Shown piece after piece: positions 39,810 through 47,567 of a stretch of DNA of 64,000 nt (its first letter is position 1; each line of letters begins with the position of its first letter). Below the pieces are notes generated by a model. The model had not been told where the DNA came from. It saw only the letters and a list, made by a program, of their open reading frames with translations, and did not search any database. The DNA is taken from IMG/VR virus record IMGVR_UViG_3300042934_000869; one strand, 5' to 3'. This DNA is from an uncultured virus (IMG/VR IMGVR_UViG_3300042934_000869). Taxonomy: Duplodnaviria; Heunggongvirae; Uroviricota; Caudoviricetes. The translations under genes were made by a program, and so were the position numbers.

Positions 39810-41118
39810 TACCTCCACCTAATACATTTAATACTTCATCTTGATTTATATTCATTATCTCTTGAACTTCTTGTGATATACAATATATGTTTCTTATGAA
39901 GTAATCAAATTCGTCCGTTTTATGTGTAAACAAATATATTACATCTAATGGTTTTGGGTCTAGTCCTCTCCACGCTCTTCCTACATATTGCTTCACATGT
40001 TTTGTAAATTCGTAGAATATTACATAATCACTGTCTAAGTTAACTGCTTCTTTTATATTAGTAAGTATTACATCATACTCTCCATTTTTGAATCCTTCTA
40101 TTATACTTTCCCTATACTTTTTTAACTTAGGATTTCCATTTACTATAGCGCATCTTATTCCTTGCTCTTTTAGATATGGATAAATAAAATCATATACCTC
40201 ACTAAGGTTTACATAAACTAAACCCTTGAATGGTCTTCTTTTAACTATCTGATTTACTAATTCATCTGCTTGTCTTGTTGCTCCATTACCTTTAGTAATC
40301 TTAAATAAATCCATTCCTTTAGCATCTATTTGATGTTCCATAGGTTTTATCCATATAGTGTGAACACTTATGTTATGCATTTTTCTATCTCTTACTGAAA
40401 AGGAATCTTGTAGTTCTTTAGGCAATGCTCCCATTCCATAGTATCTTAATTCACTTCCAATTTTTTTGAAGTTCTTCAGTAAAAATGGATTCACTACTTT
40501 CATAACTCTAGCTAATTGTTCTATATCACTAGTTATTGGTGTTGCAGTTAATCCTAGAAAGTAATCAACTTCATGGGATAGGCAGTATAGCATCATAGCT
40601 GATGAAGACTCTTCTATATTACAAGCTAGGTGTATTTCATCACATATTATTCCTTTAAACTTATCTATATGATACGACAATCTTTCCATATGCTCAGCTG
40701 AAGATAAGCATTGATGCGACATTAATATTACATCATGAGTATCAACCGCTGCATCAGATAATAGCCTACTTGTCTCTGCTGAATAAAATATAGTTCTTAG
40801 ACCTGTGAGTCTTTCTATATCTTTTGGAGTTTGATTTTTTTGATTTAGCCTAACAAACATTAAAAACTTACACCCAGGATTAGCATTAGTTACTGCTTTC
40901 ATATAGCCAGAGCATATGTAGGTTTTACCTGTCCCTGTTGGATGAAATATAGCATATCTTTCTGCGAATAAAGCTCTTAGTACATCTACGCCTTGTTCGT
41001 CTGTTAGAGGTGTTGATAGTATGTTGTTAAAAGCTTTATAAGATTTTAATTTGTCTAAATCATCTGGTAGTCCTTGATAATAGAAAATACCATCCTTATA
41101 AAACTCAGTCTGCTCCAT
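39790..41118 (-). CDS. superfamily 2 (DExH) helicase
   Basis: HPTGTGKT, ICDEIH, GLTATP, EAVNL, QYVGRAWR. Confidence 0.9.
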   Translation of the reverse strand: MEQTEFYKDGIFYYQGLPDDLDKLKSYKAFNNILSTPLTDEQGVDVLRALFAERYAIFHPTGTGKTYICSGYMKAVTNANPGCKFLMFVRLNQKNQTPKDIERLTGLRTIFYSAETSRLLSDAAVDTHDVILMSHQCLSSAEHMERLSYHIDKFKGIICDEIHLACNIEESSSAMMLYCLSHEVDYFLGLTATPITSDIEQLARVMKVVNPFLLKNFKKIGSELRYYGMGALPKELQDSFSVRDRKMHNISVHTIWIKPMEHQIDAKGMDLFKITKGNGATRQADELVNQIVKRRPFKGLVYVNLSEVYDFIYPYLKEQGIRCAIVNGNPKLKKYRESIIEGFKNGEYDVILTNIKEAVNLDSDYVIFYEFTKHVKQYVGRAWRGLDPKPLDVIYLFTHKTDEFDYFIRNIYCISQEVQEIMNINQDEVLNVLGGGSSFGRI

Positions 41119-42113
41119 TAATCATTACCTCCAAATATATTAGATTTTTTAACTTTAGATTCACTATACTGAGATTCATCTATTGGTTCCATTTCTTGTG
41201 TGAACTGATTATGAAAATAGATTGCCTCTTTAGTATCTTTCTTCTTATTCTTTAAAGGCTCTTTATAATCGTTATCTTTTAATTCTTCATCTTTATATTC
41301 CTTGTCTATGTTATTCTCTTTCTCTAATATGTTTAGCATGTCTGCTAATGTTTCTCTATCTGACTTTTTATATTCTTTCTCTATATTTTCTTTAGTCTGT
41401 TCTTTCTCTTTTCTTTTCTTTTTCTTTACTGGCTTTTGATTTAGATCTTCTGAAATTTCATCTACTATCTCATTTTCTTCTTCTTCAGTGTCTTCATTAT
41501 TGTTATAGTATTCTCCAGTTTTATACATCTTGCTCATTTTCTTTGCTGCTAGCTTGGAATCTACCAAGTCTTTTAATTTTTGTTTAACTGCCTTATCTAG
41601 ACTTTCACTTAGAAATATTTGGTCTAATAGAAATTCTACTACCATACTTGCATGAGCATAATCATTTACTGCTAGGAATACTACAAACAGTCTTATGTAT
41701 CTGTAGGACATAGTTCCTATAAATTTTTTGTTCTTTGATTCTAGCATATCAAGATACTGCATTATCGAGATTGCATTTTTCTTTATATCTTTTGTTAAAT
41801 TTTCTCTTTTTCTAAAAGGTAATAAAAGGTTTGCTAGTATGTCTATACGAGTGTGTGAACTGAAATCTAGAACACTAACCCTTCTGAAATTACATCTTGA
41901 ATTAGTGTAACATAGAGAACATATTAAGTGGGAGCAAGAAACATTAATATCTCTTGTCCCACTTTTTTCTCTTAGATTTCTTTTCTGTAGCTCACTAAAG
42001 AACTCCTCTATCGGCATCCTTACCATAGATTTATTTTGTACTAGTTCGTTAAGTCCTAATACTGTTTCGCAGTTCTTTAGTATATCCTGTAAGGAGTCCT
42101 TATATACCTTCAT
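41118..42113 (-). CDS. hypothetical protein with Cys cluster and charged C-terminal half
   Basis: CSHLICSLC; E/K-rich tail. Confidence 0.7.
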   Translation of the reverse strand: MKVYKDSLQDILKNCETVLGLNELVQNKSMVRMPIEEFFSELQKRNLREKSGTRDINVSCSHLICSLCYTNSRCNFRRVSVLDFSSHTRIDILANLLLPFRKRENLTKDIKKNAISIMQYLDMLESKNKKFIGTMSYRYIRLFVVFLAVNDYAHASMVVEFLLDQIFLSESLDKAVKQKLKDLVDSKLAAKKMSKMYKTGEYYNNNEDTEEEENEIVDEISEDLNQKPVKKKKRKEKEQTKENIEKEYKKSDRETLADMLNILEKENNIDKEYKDEELKDNDYKEPLKNKKKDTKEAIYFHNQFTQEMEPIDESQYSESKVKKSNIFGGND

Positions 42114-42861
42114 TAGCCTGTCTTTGAGCTTCTAGATATTCTTGGAACTCTGTTATAGTCATATTACCATCTAATACCTTTGTAACTATATCTAGTGTAA
42201 TATCTTCACACTCATATAGGTCTGAACCTACTAGAGCAGAGAATGGCTCTAATAAATCTGGATAATACTCGAATACACCCATGCTAGGTCTGAATTTTAA
42301 CATAGCCTTTTGTAAATAGATTGCTAGATTCTTGATATGCTCTATATCAATTTTCGACTTCGACATCCAGTACTCTATTATATCAAATACACACTCTATA
42401 TCTCCTGTATAGAACTCATCTAAGCCGTATTGATAAAGGAGGAAACTTGCTAGATGTCCTTCACACTCTTTCAATACAGATGTAACTGTTTCTAATTCTG
42501 ATGTTGTATATGGTATAAATAAATTTATATTATTCTCCATAAGTTCAATAGATTTATTAAAGCATAAATTTATATGCTCAACTCTTCTTCTTAATGATTC
42601 TGTAGTAGCCAACTTGAAGTTATCCATATTCATAATATACTGTCTATCAAATGCTAGAATTTTTTCGGAGTCTAATAGTAGCTCCTCTGACTTTGAATAA
42701 TCTCCAGACCCACTCTCTAAGAAATCCATTGACTTTCTTACAAAAGTATCTATTATAGTTGCTAGGTCTAGGTAACTTTTAAAATACCTATATCTTTGAT
42801 CTAATTCTACTATTAAGTCTACACCTGTTGTTTTGTTATATTGTAATTTTTTAATTTCCAT
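42100..42861 (-). CDS. hypothetical acidic protein
   Basis: 253 aa, AGGAGG RBS. Confidence 0.7.
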   Translation of the reverse strand: MEIKKLQYNKTTGVDLIVELDQRYRYFKSYLDLATIIDTFVRKSMDFLESGSGDYSKSEELLLDSEKILAFDRQYIMNMDNFKLATTESLRRRVEHINLCFNKSIELMENNINLFIPYTTSELETVTSVLKECEGHLASFLLYQYGLDEFYTGDIECVFDIIEYWMSKSKIDIEHIKNLAIYLQKAMLKFRPSMGVFEYYPDLLEPFSALVGSDLYECEDITLDIVTKVLDGNMTITEFQEYLEAQRQANEGI

Positions 42862-42875
42862 TTTAACAATACCTC

Positions 42876-43754
42876 CTACATTAATTCCATTAACATTTCT
42901 AAATCTGCTTCTTCATTTCTATTGTGAGCATCAACTACTGCCTCAACCATCATTTTACTCTTATCATTTCTCTCTCTTGAAAATTCTTCATATACCTCTG
43001 AATCTTCTTGGTCATTTAAATCTGATCCTGAAAACATATTATCATCAAGTTTAATTTTACTACTAAATTCATCGAAAGATTTTTTATCAAACATAACTAT
43101 ACCATCCTTTCTACTTTCATTTATATCATTTCTACCCATACTGGAAGAGTTTAGGTTCTTTATCATCTCTTCCATTTCATTATCTTTATTATGATGGTAT
43201 ATCCTATCAATCTTTTTCTTAGGGGTTTCATTAATGAGATTATATATATCACTATCGTCAATTTCTATCTCTTCATTCTCTATTTTTTCATAAAGTGTAG
43301 AATCATTCATACTGTATTCTTCTTCCTTATTATCAAAATCTATATTTATATCTTTTGTTTCTTGCTCTATAGATCTAGAGATTATACTATCCATGTTTAG
43401 GGATTCTAAATTTTCTATATTTATGTTATATCTAAATTTATCTACTACCCAAAATAAACCACAAGAAAGAATAAATGATATTATGATTGATACAAGATTT
43501 ACGCTACCTCTATTTATACCTACATTGCCGTTTAAGAACATCCCATAAACTACTTCTGATAAAAATATTATAGTATTTAGTATCACCACACAGGTCATAT
43601 ACTTTACAGTGTATTCTCCAAGAAATATTAATTTTTTCGATATTTCATTTATTAATCTAATTGGAGCAAATATAACTAATACTACAGACATTACTATAGC
43701 ATCTATAGGATTTTTTATTTCTCTATCTACTTCTTTTTCACTATAACTAATCAT
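42876..43754 (-). CDS. membrane protein with acidic cytoplasmic tail
   Basis: three hydrophobic segments; start at MISY after GGAGG. Confidence 0.65.
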   Translation of the reverse strand: MISYSEKEVDREIKNPIDAIVMSVVLVIFAPIRLINEISKKLIFLGEYTVKYMTCVVILNTIIFLSEVVYGMFLNGNVGINRGSVNLVSIIISFILSCGLFWVVDKFRYNINIENLESLNMDSIISRSIEQETKDINIDFDNKEEEYSMNDSTLYEKIENEEIEIDDSDIYNLINETPKKKIDRIYHHNKDNEMEEMIKNLNSSSMGRNDINESRKDGIVMFDKKSFDEFSSKIKLDDNMFSGSDLNDQEDSEVYEEFSRERNDKSKMMVEAVVDAHNRNEEADLEMLMELM

Positions 43755-43895
43755 GATAACCTCCACAATATAAATATTAATATTAAGGAAGTTATTAGGT
43801 AATCTCTATGAAGACCTGAACCCTTCTTTCCAAATAAAAATACATAACTTGTAAGTAATACAAAGATAAAAATACATACTCCTTGTGCTAAAAGT

Positions 43896-44399
43896 TTAAT
43901 CAGTTGCAGGAGGTTCATCTGAGCCATATATTATCCCTTCTTCGTCTTCTGTATTTAAATATAGAGGTTCGTCATTTTTAAATTTAATGCCTTCGTATTC
44001 TTGTACGTTATCTATCTTACCGTTTTTCTTTTCGTAGATGAAAGTGAAGTATCTTCCTGATGATATTGCATCTGATTGTATAGTGTATAGAACATACCCT
44101 CCCTTTGTGGTGTCTAAACTTTTTAGTACTATTACTGAAGTAGGTAGATTCTTAAATTTCAAATATGTATTTAATGCTTTAGTTACATTGGTTGCAGTTA
44201 GATATTTGTATGCTTCTGGTGTTGTTATCTCTTCTAAATTTATATCATTTTCAGATAATTCGTACACATCTTTAAAATTATATAAATACATTACTGCATC
44301 TACTCCTGTGTATTTAGTATCTCTTTTATAGATCGAAACCCCTATAGCTACTGCTACAGACACTATTAATATTAACAACAATCCAATTAATTTTTTCAT
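43896..44399 (-). CDS. membrane-anchored/secreted protein
   Basis: N-terminal signal anchor. Confidence 0.7.
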   Translation of the reverse strand: MKKLIGLLLILIVSVAVAIGVSIYKRDTKYTGVDAVMYLYNFKDVYELSENDINLEEITTPEAYKYLTATNVTKALNTYLKFKNLPTSVIVLKSLDTTKGGYVLYTIQSDAISSGRYFTFIYEKKNGKIDNVQEYEGIKFKNDEPLYLNTEDEEGIIYGSDEPPATD

Positions 44400-44401
44400 A
44401 A

Positions 44402-44917
44402 CTATTCACCCGCATTATCGAATAGTGATTGTATAAGTATATCTTCCTCAGGATATAATTTTGTGAATTCATCAATATCTGGATTTTTGATCTTTTCTAC
44501 ATGGAATATATTATTTCCTACTGTGTATTCTCCAGAAAATCCACCTAATATCATTCTTCCTAAAGGTGTGTCAGTACTAAGTACTCCATCTATTATAGCG
44601 TCTCCAGTTGAGGCTATCATTAACATTCTTTCTTTCTTTAATGCCGGAGATGATACTTTAATTATACTTCCTTCTGTTATACTAGCTGATTTATCGTACT
44701 CAACTATTTCATATTTTAATAATTCTTCTAGTCTTGCTTTCTCTGTTCTTGCTTCACTTAAGGCTGCCTTTGCTGAATCATATTCTGCATTTTCACTTCT
44801 ATCTCCTAGGGCTGCTGCTTCTTCTAACTCTTTACCTAATCTCTTTATATCTTTATTAACTCTTAGTAATTTATCCTCGGCTCTTTTGTATTGTAATCTA
44901 GTTATCTTTTTTGACAT
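44402..44917 (-). CDS. greA: GreA/GreB-family transcript cleavage factor homolog
   Basis: coiled coil with GDRSENAEYDSAK; C-terminal ITEGS...LSTDTPLGRMILG. Confidence 0.85.
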   Translation of the reverse strand: MSKKITRLQYKRAEDKLLRVNKDIKRLGKELEEAAALGDRSENAEYDSAKAALSEARTEKARLEELLKYEIVEYDKSASITEGSIIKVSSPALKKERMLMIASTGDAIIDGVLSTDTPLGRMILGGFSGEYTVGNNIFHVEKIKNPDIDEFTKLYPEEDILIQSLFDNAGE

Positions 44918-44948
44918 AAGATAATCCTCCTTATTTAATATTTTAATT

Positions 44949-45002
44949 ATAAATATTTATTAGAAGGTACGCTGTATTGTAATACCTTCTATAAGTATTT
45001 AT
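44949..45002. promoter_or_regulatory. bulged intergenic hairpin (variant family member)
   Basis: ATAAATATTTATTAGAAGGTA...TACCTTCTATAAGTATTTAT. Confidence 0.5.
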
Positions 45003-45005
45003 GTT

Positions 45006-45353
45006 TTATTGTAGATTATCTAGTCTACTGAATAAATAATCTATTACAGTATGTGTTACTTTATTTTTTATCCATCTGGGGGGAATGTCTATAAAATCTT
45101 CATACTTACCCTTGAAGGATTTTATATATCCTAATTCAGAACCTTGATACTTATAATCTCTAAACGATAAAGCTCTTAATATTTGAGAATTAATTTTCTC
45201 AAATATTATTGACTCTACATAAAAAGTATTATCTATATTTAATGTATCTATTATATTTTTTCTTTCAATTATAAAACTATCTAAGAGGTTACTAAAGTCT
45301 TCTGACTTATCTACTTTAGGTGCTCTATTTTTATTACTTAGTCTGTGTTCCAA
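45006..45353 (-). CDS. hypothetical protein
   Basis: 115 aa, TTG start with GAGGAG RBS. Confidence 0.6.
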   Translation of the reverse strand: MEHRLSNKNRAPKVDKSEDFSNLLDSFIIERKNIIDTLNIDNTFYVESIIFEKINSQILRALSFRDYKYQGSELGYIKSFKGKYEDFIDIPPRWIKNKVTHTVIDYLFSRLDNLQ

Positions 45354-45375
45354 CTTTAACTCCTCCTCGTATATA

Positions 45376-46086
45376 TTATTTATATTCTATTATTACTGGG
45401 TATTTTAGATCAGATTGATTTCCAGTCCTATCTATTAATTTAGTATAATCAGAGTCTACACAACTTTGTGATATTTCTTTTAAAGTAAATTTAGATATTA
45501 TATAAGTAGCTAAACCTAACCTACTTCTTCTTGCAATTAGATCTATTATAGTTGTGTATGCCTCACAGAATTTCTCTGATTTAGTTACACTTACAAAACA
45601 TACTGTTGAGGTCATGTAGTCATCATAATTTATTCTTCCATATAATTTATAACTAGGATTTTCTCCTCCTAGTATTAGTAATCTTTTTAATTCTATTGTG
45701 TCTATTATTGGAGCTACACTTACACCTTTTGCTAGTGCTAATTGCATACAGCTATAGGCTAATATGCATTTTGACATCTGAGACCTAGCTGAGATAAAAA
45801 CCGACTTGGCTGGTATTATTCCATCTACAAATTGTCTATGGAACTTCTCTAATCTATTACAGTAATTATTGAATAACATATCCTTTTCTAACTCAGGATG
45901 ATTATCAAATAGGTCTGATTTTGACCATGATTTTCCTATGTATTCATCTGGAACTAAAGCCCACTTTGCATTGGAGATAAATCTCTTTTTTCTATTCTCC
46001 TCCACTATTATCTTATCAGAGTTTTTACCGCATGAAGGACAACCTCCGCTCATACCATAACCTCCGCATAATATACAAGTTGACAT
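45376..46086 (-). CDS. Zn-finger + degenerate DnaC/IstB-like ATPase fold
   Basis: CILCGG...CPSCG; SVFISARSQMSK (degenerate Walker A); LIARRSRLGLATYIISK. Confidence 0.6.
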   Translation of the reverse strand: MSTCILCGGYGMSGGCPSCGKNSDKIIVEENRKKRFISNAKWALVPDEYIGKSWSKSDLFDNHPELEKDMLFNNYCNRLEKFHRQFVDGIIPAKSVFISARSQMSKCILAYSCMQLALAKGVSVAPIIDTIELKRLLILGGENPSYKLYGRINYDDYMTSTVCFVSVTKSEKFCEAYTTIIDLIARRSRLGLATYIISKFTLKEISQSCVDSDYTKLIDRTGNQSDLKYPVIIEYK

Positions 46087-46090
46087 TATT

Positions 46091-46624
46091 CTACCTCCTA
46101 ATTGAAGATTTTACAGAGTCTATTCTCTCTTTGACTTCTTCTAAGTTATACTTATTTTCTTTATATTTATTATCATTAACTATCTTATTAACTAAAGTTG
46201 ATAAGTTCATTACCTCTTTATTGTCAGTATGTATTACACATCCATCTGGAACACATACTATATTTTCTATATCATATAGTTCATTATATTTTGCATATAA
46301 TAAACCCTTTATTACTCTAACATGTTTATAGTTATTTATTAGAGGATTTGTTACTAATCCTTTATTACCTTTGGATATGAATTTCCATTTTTGGTCATAT
46401 GTATTACCATATATTGCAGTTGTAAAGTGTTTACATTCTATGCAATATATTTTACTTTTCGTTATAAGCAGTAAATCACTTTCCAGAGCTCTATCTGTTA
46501 GTGGTGATGTAAATTCATAATTGTATAATTGTAGTGACTTGCATTTTGGTCTAATTATTCTTCCTACTGTTATTTCAAATGAATTACCTGCAAGTACCAT
46601 CCTATTGGGATTTTTAAAAGGCAT
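46091..46624 (-). CDS. NERD nuclease-related domain protein
   Basis: GNSFE...ESDLLLIT...IYCIECK...W...NPL.NN..H. Confidence 0.85.
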   Translation of the reverse strand: MPFKNPNRMVLAGNSFEITVGRIIRPKCKSLQLYNYEFTSPLTDRALESDLLLITKSKIYCIECKHFTTAIYGNTYDQKWKFISKGNKGLVTNPLINNYKHVRVIKGLLYAKYNELYDIENIVCVPDGCVIHTDNKEVMNLSTLVNKIVNDNKYKENKYNLEEVKERIDSVKSSIRR

Positions 46625-46675
46625 AATATCTCCATTCTTGCTTAATGGAGGTAGTACACACTACCTCCTTGAACA

Positions 46676-46990
46676 TTAAAGACTTTTCATTAAATTCATA
46701 GAAATTATTAATGATCTACACAGAATCACTAAAGAGAGTATTACGATAAATGCTCCACCTACTGTAGGATTTGTTACTGGATTCACATTGCTTTTTGATA
46801 ACTCATATAGAGAGATAAAAGATACTAGAGATAAGATACTATTATAAAGGAATCTTACTACCATCTTATTTCTCTTTGTGCTGAGATTCTCCATAAAAGA
46901 TATAATGCTGTTGATTACATAATTACCTGCAGTTCTTCTTCTTTTTCTTCTTACTACCACTCTTTGATTTGATTCTACTAAATTTCTCAT
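46676..46990 (-). CDS. small membrane protein
   Basis: Arg-rich N-terminus, two TMs, AGGAGG RBS. Confidence 0.65.
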   Translation of the reverse strand: MRNLVESNQRVVVRRKRRRTAGNYVINSIISFMENLSTKRNKMVVRFLYNSILSLVSFISLYELSKSNVNPVTNPTVGGAFIVILSLVILCRSLIISMNLMKSL

Positions 46991-47101
46991 ACTCTACCTC
47001 CTAAGTACTGTACAATTCAAATTTTCGCCTAGAGGAGCTTCCTCTGACTGGAATTGATGGATTTTTACCTTATTCAATTCTTTACTACTTTATAATTAAT
47101 T

Positions 47102-47362
47102 CTACATAAATGCAGTGGATAATTTTATTTCTCCAGTTTCTGTTTTTGAGTTTATAAACATGCTAATTATGTATTCGCCGTACTTCTTTACCCTTATACC
47201 CTTCTTTGGAAATCCTTTTACCTCTGATAAAGAATCAATACTTCTAGGTCTTTTATCTAATAATCTTTCTAGTTCTTCATCATCGAATACGCTGTATATT
47301 GGCATTCCACTTTTCTTTGCTAATAATTTTCTTAACTCTACTAATTTATCTCTGTCACTCAT
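47102..47362 (-). CDS. stand-alone HRDC domain protein
   Basis: LVELRKLLA...P.YSVFDDEEL...RPRS...LSEVKGF...KKYGE. Confidence 0.85.
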   Translation of the reverse strand: MSDRDKLVELRKLLAKKSGMPIYSVFDDEELERLLDKRPRSIDSLSEVKGFPKKGIRVKKYGEYIISMFINSKTETGEIKLSTAFM

Positions 47363-47473
47363 TTTACTCCTCCTAGTAAATTTATTAATTTATCGTATAG
47401 TTTCTCCTTTAATTGAGGATAAGTATGATATATCACTCTCTGTACTGTATTACACTATCTCAATACTATTACT

Positions 47474-47502
47474 ATTATATAACCTATTTACTTCTAAGTT
47501 AA
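47474..47502 (-). promoter_or_regulatory. putative sigma-A promoter
   Basis: minus-strand TTAACT-N17-TATAAT. Confidence 0.45.
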
Positions 47503-47567
47503 GGGTCTAAAGATTCAAGAGGTTCGCACCTTTATGCTGTTTTGGGTGGGTATAACTTTTAACTAAT

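Noticed and set aside
2314..47128. ESNSF tag as a mobile DNA mini-repeat
   Set aside because: Codons vary synonymously (including TCN versus AGT for Ser) and flanks are not conserved, so it was treated as a protein motif.
47500..47567. Possible oriT (GGTGCG within a small hairpin)
   Set aside because: Only a weak resemblance to MOBQ nic sites, and no relaxase in the window.
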